64,000 nt of DNA from Calcarisporiella thermophila CBS 279.70. Its lineage: Eukaryota; Fungi; Calcarisporiellomycota. Positions 45,029 to 57,747 of the stretch are shown in pieces (position 1 is the stretch's first letter; each line of letters starts with the position of its first letter). Under the pieces are notes generated by a model. The model was not told the origin of the DNA and made no database searches. It worked only from the letters and a program-made list of their open reading frames with translations. The position numbers and the translations under genes were made by a program. The stretch spans positions 861,823 to 925,822 of the forward strand of contig NW_027192196.1 in the NCBI RefSeq assembly GCF_041956535.1, given 5' to 3'.

Positions 45029-48000
45029 TCAGCTCCTCAGTTTTTTGGGCGCATTGATCGTCTTGATTCGCGATAGCACTTCCTTCGAAGGCCGAAGGGT
45101 GAAGCCCTGGTCCTCATCGTCGTCGCCGCGCTGGCGTTTTTCCAGCCGCTTCGGCAACTCGAGCTCTCCCTCAGACGCTAACGCCCCTGGGCCCGTGCCA
45201 TTCTCGGCCTCATTCTGCGAACTCTCCTCCGACTCCTTTGCCTCGCCGGCCTCAGACGGCTGATCAGCCACAGACGAGGCAGAGCTAGTCGAGATTTCGG
45301 ACGAAGTATTCTCCAATGGCTCCGCTGTCGGCTTGGTCCCAGATTCGTCCTCGTCTGAGGTGTTGAAGTAGGCCTCCTCGTCTTCATCCACCGTGGCAGA
45401 CGCCCATCCCTCATGCCCTGCGCCAGGCGGCGCGGCCGGACTATATCATAAAGATGGATTCTATTAGTCAAGATGAATATTCTCCTCGAGTTGAACTTGG
45501 CTAGCTTACATTGAACTCGAGCCTGGCTTCGCGGAGTCAGAGGCACTGGTGTCCGTGTTTTGCTCATAGCGCAGGAGAAGTTGGTTGAACGTGTCGACAT
45601 AGTCAATTCGCTTGAATTTGTCCCGGAATGTGACGGCCAGATACTCCACCAGACTCTTGATGTTTTCCTGGTGGGGAAATTGTGGAGTAAACCAGGGGGG
45701 TTATCAATGGCATACAAGTTGACACACCACGACTCCACCGACTTACCTTTCGGATAAACTCGAACAGTTCCAGGGACGCGGAATTCAACAAATTGCTTCG
45801 GTTGCCATTCTCTATGAAGGCCACGACAACCGGCTCGAGGAGGTTGTTTTTCTTAATGTGCCTATTGTAGAATTCGTCCATCAGGCCGACACAGGTGCGA
45901 AGCACTCGGAGCGCAGCTACTCAGTTGCAATGAGCAATGGTCGTTAGATTTTTTAAAGGGGGGGGGATGCGAAAGAGGTTTTCCGGTCAACTCACCAAGT
46001 TTCAGATGCTTCTCGCGGGAACGAAGCAGGAGAGCCACCTTGAGCAGCAAGTTGGACGAGAGGATGAAGTATTTACTTCGAAAAGTGTGCTGGCGTATCA
46101 TGAAGGAGAGCAGTTCGCAGAGATGGAAGGCTTGCGTGGCCTGGTCGCGACTTAGCTTAAGTACACCCGAGTGCCCCTCCGGCTTCGAGGACACATCGGG
46201 TAAGTCCATCAAAAGTTGGGTAAAGTCTTTCGTAAACCGGTCGTAGAAGAGGGTAAGAAATTCGTCGGCTTCTGGGTCATGTTTTGGATTGAGAATTGCC
46301 TGAAGGGTAAGAAAGAGAAACATAAACGCATGTCAATACAATAATGGTAAGGAGCTAGAGGGATGGTCAACAAATTGGGCTGGGTTCGTACTTCTGTGGT
46401 GGCGTTAAGGATATTCTCTCCGAAGCTGGAGGTTGTATCCAACAGCACCCTGATAATTTCCGCGTACTGTGCTTTCAGGCCAATGTCAGAATCGGCGTGA
46501 AAATGGTGGAGGATGGTTTCGATCAGTGGCTTCTTCTCCTGCTTAACCTGGGCAAGGATGTAGGAGCGTACTAGGTTGGGATCTTGTTCGAGGACAGAGG
46601 CCAAGATCTCAAGACCCGCCATTTTGACGGTGGGATCTTCATCAGGTAGCGCGTGGTCGAAGATGCGAAAGAGTCCGTATTGACTTAATGCTCTAGAAAG
46701 AGTAGGTATCACGGAAGATATAAGGACGCCATGTCCTACAGTTATAAAAAAAATACTTGCCGGTAGAGACATGATCGGTTGGGGAGGTTAAGTGTTTTTG
46801 CAATGGCACAGAATTGTTGCACAAAAAATATCACATCGCGCTTACGTTCGTCCGACTCTGAAGGAGAATTGAGGATGGCGAAGAGGTCTTTTAGGAATTC
46901 GTGGTTCTGTTTTAAGTGCTGTACAATATCCACGTGGTTACAAAAGATAAGGGAGCTTAGGATTGAAAAGGTGGGATCGTCAAGGGTTCGAGCGAGCACG
47001 ACATCCTTAAGGTATTGTAGTCTGAATGTCTGATGAATTTTTAATTCTATCGACTTGTCCTTGATCGGGAGCACCTAGTATATCAAGGAAGAAGTTTTAA
47101 ATTATTCCAGCCACTGGAAAATAAGCGAGAGGGGGAGGTGGGGTGGGGGGCACGAAGATGGCGGAGGATAGGATGGGGGGAGCCCAAGACACTTACTTGT
47201 TTGAACTTTGAATTTTTAGTTAAAAATTCTCTATGATTTGCCTTCAAACTTGGAAAATCGGGGTCGTCTAAACATAGATTTAATGGGTAGGGGTTAGCGA
47301 CCTGAAAAATTACGCTACAAGCAGAAATAACTAAGAAAAAACTCTCACATTCCAATATTCCAACAACGCCCATAATTAAGTCATCCTGGACAATGCTCTC
47401 GATAATGGTAGCGTCGTTGAGACAAACTGGGAGAAGTATTGAGTTTAGCGCTGTGTCACTATAGAAGAAGAGTGGAGGCGGGAATCATACTTATGCTTTT
47501 CATAATAATACAGAGCGTGTGCAAATCTGTGAGGCTTTCTAGATCTTCGCATATCTCGAGAAAAGGTATGAGCTTTTTGATGTAGTTCTTCTTGTGCCGG
47601 AAAATAGGAAGGAAATTAAAGCAACGAACAAAACAAGAAAAAAAAAATCTAGGAGAACTACCTCGCTAACAATATACGACACCAATTTGTCACGTTCATA
47701 GTGGGATCGAACTGCATCTTTAATGGCAGCCTCAATTTCGCTAAGATTAGAGAGCTCAGGTTCCGGGAGTTGCAGAGGGGATGTGGTCGGAGAGTGCTGG
47801 GGGCTATCGGGTAGTGTGTCAGTGAGAATGGCACCTGAATGTAGAGGGGGAAAACTGCCATTAAAAAAATGAAAATTGGAGATTTCAAATGAAAATGCAT
47901 ACTTTGAGAAGGGATAGACCGAATACTGGTAGATATGCGATCCCTTAAAGTAATAATAAGCCAAAAAGACATGAATAACCAGACTCGTGGAAACTCAGAG

Positions 48001-48450
48001 AGATCAAAATTGTCACCATATCTCGGCGCATCCTTCCGCCTCTTGAAAACTAAGCGCCAGGTCTGTACCATCCTCTTCTGTCCATACTATCAGACTCTCT
48101 GTAAACCCCAGAATACAAATAACAGTCAATATTATTTTTTCTGGATCCAGGAAAGAGTGTGGCCAATATAATACCTTGCTGCTTTTGATATGTATCCTCC
48201 TTATTGATAATTTTTGTTTGCAAAAGAACCGAGTTGTCATCCTCCGATCGCACCAAGATAATGGCCTCATCATCAGACTGAAAAGAGAAAAAGGATTTAG
48301 ATTCAAGAAATAGGGAAGACCTCCAAAGAATTCAAAAAGCAAATTGCCTACATCAATGAACACGCATTGGCCAGTGCCCTTGTCTATCCACGTATTATCT
48401 GCATCCAGCTGGTAAACCTTAACTCTTCTCGGACCCGTTTCGTTCGTCAT
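45029..48450 (-). CDS. PSY2: Protein phosphatase 4 regulatory subunit 3 (Psy2/SMEK), multi-exon
   Basis: EVH1-like RRVKVYQL...[36 protein letters not shown]. Also [57 protein letters not shown]. Confidence 0.95.
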
Positions 48451-48929
48451 ATTAGAGAAGGGTATCCGGAAAGAGGGCGTTTTCAACGCCTAGTCGAAAT
48501 GCTTGCAACGAATTAAAAGTTGATTCAGATCTAGGAGCATAATGCAAAAACAAATAAATCAATTAGATCGAAATCTTCAAAGTTGTAATCTGAGGGAATC
48601 GACTAATCCGCTGGACAAGAGGGGGGCAACAATTACATTATACCCAGTTCTTATTTTCAAAGGTTGATGGATGCAACTCCTAACTGTAGAACGGTTATCA
48701 AGGCCACTTCACGAGAACAAAGATAAACTTACTATTAAAATAGAGGGATCTGCAACGTCACCAGCAAAATCCCGGGTAGCTTCCTCCTCCGATTTTCAAA
48801 AATCAAAAATCTTTCGATTTATTATCCAATCTCTCGATTCCCTACCATATTTCATAGTGCTTCCTATCGTTTAGCTTTCATTTCTTGTTCAGTAGACTAT
48901 CAGGATGAAATAGAGACCGATCTAAAAGC

Positions 48930-50693
48930 ATGATTCGCATCCATCATTTAAACGCCTCAATAAGTAGGTGCCGTGCTAATGCTCTACGCGCCGCCCCTTA
49001 TCTTTATTCCCGCGCTTCTGCACTCTCTGCTGCCGGCATTCCACCGCATTTTCGTGTTCTTCAAACATCTCGAATCAAGTTCGACACTAGATTAACAGGG
49101 CTATACCAAATCAGATTCCATGGCAGTCATGGACATCACCATCACCATCACCATCACCAAGAGCCTGAAATATTAAGTGCATTAGCTAATACGCGTAATC
49201 AATTTTCTTCCGGATCCTGCCCTCTATTCGTTTAGCTTATTTTTCAAATCCTACCCCTCAATTTCCAACTTAGAATCACGAGGTGCGCGAATAACTATTA
49301 TCGGAATGGCGGCGAATGTTGGATTAAGCGTAACCAAGGGAATTGCCGGATGGTAGCGTATAACTTTCAATCCTTTGGCCTTGGATACGGCTAGTACGAA
49401 TATCTTTATTCTAGGCTCATGAATTCCGCTTCTCTTCTGGCCGACGCTGCTCATTCCATGACCGGTACAGTTTTTTCTAAGCTACCGCGTCCTCCTGAAA
49501 TAGAAGCCACCTTCTCATTTTACTCTCTCTAGATATGCTTAGCGATATTGTGACCCTGTATACTTATAAAATCGCCCAAAAACCACCAGACTCGACGCAT
49601 CCATTTGGATATGGTAAATAGGCCTATATTCGGCATGCCGAGGAAACAGAGCCTTATTTATTTTTGTGGTAGGTAAATACGAGACCATTGGCACTCTCGC
49701 TGTTTCTGGGTTTCTCATACTGGGAGCCATCGCTATTGGTAAGCATTCGCTGGAGCTGTTGATGGCTGTGGTGGGTCCTGAGGCAACATCCGCCTCCGAG
49801 GCTACGGCAGAAGTGCCCATTAGTGACGTGGCCGAGGCTGCAGCAGCAATGCATCATTCTGCCTCACCGCATTTGCATTCGCACTCGCACTCACATGCTC
49901 TACTGAATCCCCATGCTGCCTGGTTTGCTCTTTCGAGTGTGATCATCAAAGAGTGGCTCTACCGTGCTAGTAAGCCTGACAACTGCTTACATTAAATTCT
50001 TAGGATTGTCGCATAAACAACTCCTCCTTTTTTATCCAATAGCGTTGAAAATTGGCCTGGACGAAAAAAGCGACGTGCTTATAGCTAATGCTTGGCATCA
50101 TCGAAGTGATGCATTTTCGTCTCTGGTAGCCTTGGGTGCCATCACAGGCTCTTATCTCGGAATCCCTATCCTGGACCCCGTCGGGGGTTTAGTTGTATCT
50201 GGAATGATCGCCAAGAGCGGTGAGTTACCTATCCATCCCCCAATCCACTCAACTTGTAGCCTTGACGCACTTTTGTGTCATCAGGTGCCGACATCATGCT
50301 GTCATCCCTAAGGGAGTTAGTAGATGCGAATGTCGCAGATGATGTTGTGATGCATGCATCGAACGCAGTGAAGAAAATTAAGGTTTGTCTACAAGCTCTT
50401 CTGCTTGAGCATAGCATCTTGTAAATATTTATGCCCTCCTACCATATCTTTTGTGTAATTAGGAGGGGAACCCAGATATAATAGCCTTCGAGCGCTTGCG
50501 TGCGCGCAAATCCGGGCGTTTTGTCATGATAGACTTGTCACTTGAAATAAAAGGGTCGATTTCCCTTGCCGAAGCCATGGAGCTCGAGCATGCTGTTCGC
50601 TCGGCCATTCTCAACGATCCGGAGTGTAAACAGGTGAAGGAGGTGCTCGTCCACTTTGATCCCAAACATCGCGCTGTTTTGGAGGATATTTAA
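48930..50693 (+). CDS. Mitochondrial cation diffusion facilitator (Mmt1/Mmt2-like metal transporter), multi-exon
   Basis: Arg-rich presequence, His tract HGSHGHHHHHHH, LADAAHSMT/D, HPFGY/GKYETIG, KEWLYRA, ANAWHHRSDA, LDPVGGLVVS, and C-terminal RARKSG...EVLVHFDP. Confidence 0.92.
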
Positions 50694-51005
50694 TTTTGTG
50701 TTTCGTTTTCTCTTCCCTCGTTTTTTTATTGTCTTTCTTCCCTGTACATTGTTTCTCCGTATCCTATCCCTAGAGGATTTGCTCTTGCGCTTATATTGTA
50801 GAATTATGAAAATATAAAAGGCCAACGAAGAAATCCCGGGTCTCAGGTTGAAACGAACTTGAATGGTCGCGAAGCAGAAATAAATTCAAATTATTGCAGC
50901 GTACATATTTCACGTACTATATAAAAAGGAAAAAAGGCAAACGGTGTATATACTAAACATTGACATCGGATACAACTTAAATATAAATTCATTTCCAACC
51001 ACACG

Positions 51006-52019
51006 CTATCCACACACGTGCCCTGAACCGTAGTAGGAGTAGAATAGGTCACGGCCTGACAAGTCTTTCGAGTTGTAAGGCTGCTGTGTAGCTGTCTCTG
51101 CGGCAGTGGTCAAAGACGGCAATATCTGAAAGGAGGCAGACGGATGCTCCTTTATTGATTTCTTGGTCTCACACTCGGACCTGACCGCGTAGTTGAGGCA
51201 CCACTTTCCGCCCTTTCCGGGTTCGTCCTCGGGTCTTGGCTCGCGCACAAACTCTTTCTTCATGGTTAAATTGTAGCGGATGGAGTTCTAAACAAGATTC
51301 GCAAATACATGTTTAAGATGATGGAACCAATATGAGAGGGTGCACTCGGGCGAACTTACTCTCCATAAACATTGCGCAGTCCTGAAGTAAGGGTAGTGTT
51401 TGAGGATATATTCGTAAATCTCACTGACCTAACCATGGGGAGAAGTAGATGTAATGGGTCAATATCCATCTTTTGTGATCCACCTTATTTCAAATTAAAC
51501 AGTTAGAATACTAACCGTCATGCTTTTTCGCGGACTTGACTCGATCGCTTGTATGATAAGAGACTTGTAAGAGTATGGCGGACGCCGGCGTTTGCTGAAT
51601 AATTTCATGGGGTCTGCTGGCCTCCTTCCAAGTGGCGAGGGGGGTAGGGAGACAGGAGAGTCAGGAGAGGGTATATAGCTGGTAGGGATATTGATTGAAG
51701 CAGGGCTGACGGAGCATGCTGGTATTGCTCGTGTGTCGAAACCGGACGAGGTTAAGTTGACTTGGGTGGAAATCTTTTGATGGTCACCAAAGGCTCGCTG
51801 CAGAAATAGGGTATCCATCAACATCCCACTATGCTGAAGATACGTGCTGCTTTTTTCCGGGCATTTCCATACGGAACTCACTGCGCTATGAAGGGGTGGG
51901 TGGTCCGGCGCCTTGTCGGGTATCTCATAGCGTTGCGATAAGTGTGCCGTGGGCTGCGCGTGAGAGTTGGCAACTAGGAAGGCCCCAAAGTCGTTGAAAG
52001 CATCCTCCTTATAGAGCAT
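51006..52019 (-). CDS. Forkhead-domain transcription factor (divergent recognition helix), 3 exons
   Basis: RPPYSYKSLIIQAIESSPRKSMT/VSEIYEYILKHYPYFRTAQCLWR/NSIRYNLTMKKEFVREPRPEDEPGKGGKW. Confidence 0.9.
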
Positions 52020-53867
52020 TTTCGAAAAATATAGGGTGAAGGTTGGGTTTCGCGCCGTATGGGTGTCCCTTTATCTCTAAATACCAGTTTTCCGGATCGA
52101 CATTTCCCCGCAAAGTTTATCAATAGGAATCCAGTGCTGTCAGCCCTAGTGCAGCATTGGTTGTCAAGTGCGCTGGGAAGGTCAGCGGTGTCCTCTCTAC
52201 GGATTGACGAGGAGCGCCAAAAATAAAAACACATCCTTTCTCCAGATTCTTTTCTCCATTCTTAGTAATCCGCAATAAAGTTAGCCACCACAAAAATAAA
52301 CAAAGCAGCATGAAGAGGATGGAAAGGCACTAGGTCATTAGAGAATGGATGAATCAGGTTCCTTGGACGGTAAGCAGCCTCCCAAACGAAAATCCCCTAC
52401 GCACCCCCCCTTTTCGTGGGAAAAAGCCGAGCGGCTAGCGGCTAGCGGTAAAATCACGGATGTAATAGAGCCACCGTCGCATTTTCTTGAATGCTTCTTT
52501 GTTGGGGGCCGATTGGGAAGGGGAAGAAGATAAGGATTCCAGGGCTGTAGGTTTTGATGAACGGTTCATTAAGCTAAGAATCTTAATGTGTATGTATAAA
52601 TTACATTATATTAAATGTAATGGCGAGCCGTTTGGATGTTATTGATATGAAGTTATTTCTTTCTTCGGTCGATCCCCTCTATTCCCTAAATGAATTTCTC
52701 CTACATGTGGGAGAAGAATCCGGTTTAATTAAAACACCACGATGTAGCAAATTATGAGAGCTACACTGTGGAATCTTATTTGGCTTTTTTTTTCGTTCAG
52801 TTTGCGTCAATAAAGTCAATGTTTTATCTGTTCAACAATGACAAGCTTACCGTGTGGAGGGTTTCCGGTCCAAATACCCGTGTGAAACAAATCACTGAAG
52901 ACAAGGACTCGGATCGACTAGCGTAGATCCTCAATTGCTTGCTTGTACGAAGAAGCATGGCTGGATTGCATCTATCACACCACTTTTGCCTATATCTCCT
53001 ACTTTATCAGATTCTGTGGTGAATGCCCCCTAATCCAAGGCTAAGAGATGCATGCGCAATTAGAGACATGCTTACCCGGTTCCTTATGCACCGTTAATTA
53101 TTGTACTTCTCGCTATCCCGTTGTCACCCCTTGTCTTTGCATCGAGGAAATGGACTCCATATAATAACGTTTTCATTAGTCTCAATTGGTCTATTCCATA
53201 TTAGAACATTAGTCACAGTGATGGCTTTTCTTCCAATAGGTCCATGAGGAAAAGTATTACCATATTGGCTCCCGATAATTACATGAGAGCTTGCTGTGCG
53301 TGACACTCTCTGCAGGAGTGGGTAGTACCTTGACGGTTTTCTCCTGATCATCCACGATAATGTTGGGGATGTTTCGGGAGAAGGAAAGATCTCGGGACTA
53401 AATGTGACGAGCGGCGAAAGAAAAAGAATTTGCGAGCGAGGGTTTGTAAGTGCTTATGTTACGGTGGATTGTTCATTATGTTTCTTCTGCCTCTTAATAA
53501 TGGATTGATGCTCAAATATAGTATAAGCAGGGACCGACACTAAAACACCATTCGCCTCCAGCTCAAAAACTTCATTTGCTCTTTAGCCTAGCTGTCCATT
53601 GAAAACATATGCAAGCCAGTAGTCAGTAGCCAGTAGCTTGTAAAAAATAAGAGCAAATTGATAAATACACATGTATAGGTTTATTATTGGGATATTGTTT
53701 TAAGCAAGTGTATATTTTTGTTTTGAAAAGTGTATCTAATATTATATCTGTGAATGTGTATATATTTTTGAAATCGACAGTAAAAAGATAATTTACAAAA
53801 TGCTATAGTTGCAATAGCTCTCATCAATGAAAGTAAAGTCGGATGTTCCAACACTAGAGGTAGCTGG

Positions 53868-54408
53868 CTATGCCTCTTTTCCTCCCGCGCTCTTCACCAC
53901 GTAATAATTACCACTGACACGCTTTGCATGTTTAAGTAATTCATTTCCATGTTCTTCGGTCGTCCCTTCCCCACTAAGAGGCTCGTCTTCTCTCAAAACC
54001 ATTGAGATTCTCTCTGGCCAGATTCCGCGCATTGGTTCTACTCCAGTCGTATCCAACTCCTGGATATGACGCACGAAGTGTTCGAGGCTATTGATGTCGC
54101 GCATTAAAGATCGCTCCTCCTCTTTGGAAGTAGGAATTTCGAGATTGGCAAGACGATGTAAATTTTGAAATTGTTCATAAGAAACAACATCACCTTCGCT
54201 AGCATCAGCAGTAGGAAGAAGAGAGCGGACCGACCAAGTGGGTGATGACAAAGGAAATTCGTTTGAAGGAGTAGATTTCCACCGCGCTAGAAAATGTGTG
54301 AATTAATATAGTCAGTGTAGTCTAAAGTAAATTAGCTCAAAACGGGCGATTACCTTTTACAAAGTTACTCAAGTGTGGTCTTTGGTGGCTGCCTATTCTC
54401 CGTAACAT
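53868..54408 (-). CDS. Mitochondrial Glu-tRNA(Gln) amidotransferase small subunit (GatC/GatF-like), 2 exons
   Basis: Presequence MLRRIGSHQRPHLSNFVK, then PTWSVRSLL, LHRLANL, LEHFVRHIQELDTTGVEPM, LREDEP, LLKHA...NYYVV. Confidence 0.82.
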
Positions 54409-54452
54409 GATATTTGGATTCTTGAGACCTTCCAGTGCAGCTTACTGCACTT

Positions 54453-54497
54453 ATTCAATCTAATGACTGCTAAATCATTCAATCTAATGACTGCTAA
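54453..54497. repeat. Tandem 21-bp direct repeat in a bidirectional promoter
   Basis: ATTCAATCTAATGACTGCTAA at 54453-54473 and 54477-54497. Confidence 0.9.
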
Positions 54498-54558
54498 TAT
54501 CCTGAGCATTTTGCGGTGGTGGACACTTAACTAAACAATAGAAGGAATTTCTTATTCA

Positions 54559-57326
54559 ATGCCCAACAAAAAATCGTTTTGGGATTATAAACATCGGGGA
54601 AGAGGAGGTAACAGAACATCTAGGGGAGGTCATAAGAATACTGCTCGGAGAAATAGTTTCTCGAGATCAGGTCAGCGAGAGAATATTACTCGGCAATTTG
54701 GATGGCAAAAATCTGGCTTCGACGATGACTTCAACGGCGACTTTAGCTTCGATGATGTCGATGAGCCTACTCAAAGAAGTGGTGGTTAGTTGTCATTCTG
54801 ATATGATTCTAGCTTGTTTCCGGTCACCTCATCTCTGGTCTCTTTTCTTTGTCTATAGCTAAACCTCCAAGGGAAAGGTTTAGATCTTCAAGAAAGCGTG
54901 GTCGCTCCACGGATTCAAAGAGTTATCGGGTAAAGCAGCCTAAAATCGCATACGATCCTGTCTTGGGCGATTTCGTTAGTTTATCAGAGAAAGAGGGGCA
55001 AAACACCTACTCAAGAGGAAGGCGCTCTAGGCGGCAGCAAGATACAGCCCATCTGCCACATCGTCAGGGTATAAGCTTCCTGAAGTCGGAAAGCATATTA
55101 AATAGATATATCGGCAGTGAGGCTGGAGAAGAAAGTTCTGGTAAGCTTATGGAGAGTTTCTGGGCCCTTCCAAGTTGAATTTTTCTGACCTCTACCCTTC
55201 TCCAACCTCAGATGAAGATGAAGCCGACGATCTCTTGGTGCAAGAATTTGAATGGCTGGACGAGGATGCTGAACCCCCATCTAAACTGAAGCAAACGAGT
55301 AACCTTTTAGAGAATATAAATAGTCCAAACGAAAGCTCGCCCAAGCAGCAGGGCTGGGGAGGGACACTTGCTTACGATGCAGATGTGAGCGGACTACCAT
55401 ACGGAGATATAAACCCGTCAGAGGATGAAAGTGATGATGAAAATAATATGGACAACCTCTCTAGCCTGGAAATTCCTGCTGATGCACAATTGTATCTGAG
55501 CGACGAGTCGGAAGAGAATGAGGTGGAGGTAGTATCCAGCGTATCGCAAGCTGCAGTAAATATTAGCACAGTGGATGATGCGCAGAATAACGAATCAGAT
55601 GGCAGCGAAATCCATTTCTTTATTGACACGACAGGTGATCCATCTGCTTTCGAGAAGATCAGTGAGGGGGCCTCGGGCGTTTTAGACGAAGAAGAAGGGG
55701 CACACGCAAATGAAGACAGGGATGAATACCAACCGGAAGATTCATTTGCAAGTAATAGTGATTTTGTGCCCATTCGTCGTGAGACCAATAAAGCTCGGGA
55801 GCGACGAGAAAGAAAGAGACGACTGATGAATTTGGCCAACGGAGATAAGGACATTTCCTTTGGCGAAGAAAGTGAAGAGGATCAAGATCTTGGTGAAGAT
55901 ATTGAGGCGCTAGTAGACTATATGCAGGTGCGTATAAGTGACTTTACATGACCTGATCTTCTAGATATTAAGGATTTGCTTTATATCCATGCCACAGAAT
56001 ACCTCGACAAAGACCAGTGAACCAGCGAATCTTTCGTTGCTTAAAGCGTTAATGGCAATCAATCTGCCTCATGAAACGATAAATCGAGACTCGGAAAGCG
56101 AGACCGAATTGAGTGATGAAGCAAGCGACGCCAGTTTTGAGTACAATGAGCTGGACGTGGCTTCGGACAACGACAGTGACACTGACTATTTCCGGGGCGT
56201 TGATCAATGGGAATCGGAGACTAGAAGTGTTCAAGATCGGACTCTCGACAGAAAGTTCAGAAGCGTGCTGAATGGCGAGTTTGAGGGTCCTTCTGATTTA
56301 CCGGGAGGTCGTATTGAAATAATAATTAGATATTATCCACGGAAATCTTATTGATTTGTTGTTTCTGAAATTTAAAGGCTTTCAAGCACGGTTGCGAAGA
56401 TTGCGCAAAGACAAGTTGCCAATACAGTCTAGAGAAACCCAGGCTTCGCGACAAAAGCCAAAGAGTCTACCTACCATTGATTTCGACGAAATCAATAAAT
56501 TGGTCCAGCGCTTCGTCAGAGACCAGAATTCTAAAACGTTTGTCTCTTATTTCAAAATCAAACAAATTTGCAGCATCGCTAATCCTCTTATTTATCTTGA
56601 TACAGCCTTGCCCTACAGCCAATGGCTCCGAAAGATAGGAAGTCCATTCATAAACTTGCAGCCATATATAATATTAAATCCAAGAGTGTAGGAAAAGGAA
56701 TGCAGCGGTGAGTGATTATCGCATACAATCTATTTGAAAGGAAACGATAACTTATTTTTGCACGCCGTCTTCCCATTTTCTTCCACTTTCTCTTTCCCAT
56801 GTCTCTTTTCCCCCTCTTTACTTAGGCGCACGATTTTGAGACGCACACGCTACACTTCTATGCCTGAAGACACTCGCTATCTGACTCATTTCCTTACCCG
56901 TGCCCGCCGAAGAAAGCATTCCTCGTCGTCATCCAATAAGCAAGTGTCTTCCCGCCAAACCAAGAAGATGGCGCAGAAGGCTGCAAGAGGGGTAGCCAAG
57001 GGGCTGCGAGCAGAGCGATTGAGGGAGAAAAAGGGTAAAAAATCAGGTGAAGACGGGAGCCGCAAGGGCAAAGCCATTGATGAAGCCGGGCCCGCTCATG
57101 GGAGTGTTGTGGGGGGAGAGGCGATCCCACTCGGACAAGCCAATATCGGGCATCGGATGCTCTCCAAGATGGGGTAAGTGCAGAGTGATTATGCCATTTG
57201 GTCTCCCCTATATTAACTTTCTTCTATAGTTGGAATCCGGGTCAGAGTTTGGGTGTGACAGGCGAAGGCATCACAGATCCTGTCGCCGCAGTTGTTCGAA
57301 AGAAGCGACTTGGTTTAGGAGCCTGA
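54559..57326 (+). CDS. SQS1: R3H + G-patch protein (Sqs1/Pfa1-like), multi-exon
   Basis: RG-rich N-terminus, acidic region with HFFIDTTGD, ALVDYMQ/N, R3H domain (PMAPKDRKSIHKLAAIYNIKSKSVGKG) and G-patch (NIGHRMLSKMG/WNPGQSLG...KRLGLGA*). Confidence 0.85.
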
Positions 57327-57747
57327 TGATGTTTATTTCCTTTGTATTCTATATCCCGTATTGCGCCAGCACGTCGCGGTACAAATGCCTATACTCTTGT
57401 ACTGCTCCATAGATGGCCTAAGGTGCCATTCAATAAACCCCCGTATCTCAGGCTTGACGCCTGAATCTTGTTCATACATCTTGCCAAGTTTTTTGGTAAG
57501 ATTTCACAGTCGAAAAAAAAATTGACATGGTGGCTACTAATATCGGCCACTCCAAAGTGATTGCTATTGTTCTGGAGAATAAAGGAGAATAAATAATACA
57601 TAACCATTCATGGGAATATTGCAACACTGTGCTAGTTAACGATACAAAACACCATAGGAACAAGTAGGGAACCGATACAATACATAAGAAAATAGATCTC
57701 GAGCAGTTATATATATTGCCCACCGCCTTAAAAAATAAGGGTCTTAT

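Noticed and set aside
53124-53351. 75-aa minus-strand ORF in the forkhead-GatC intergenic region
   Set aside because: No motif, splice support or compositional signal.
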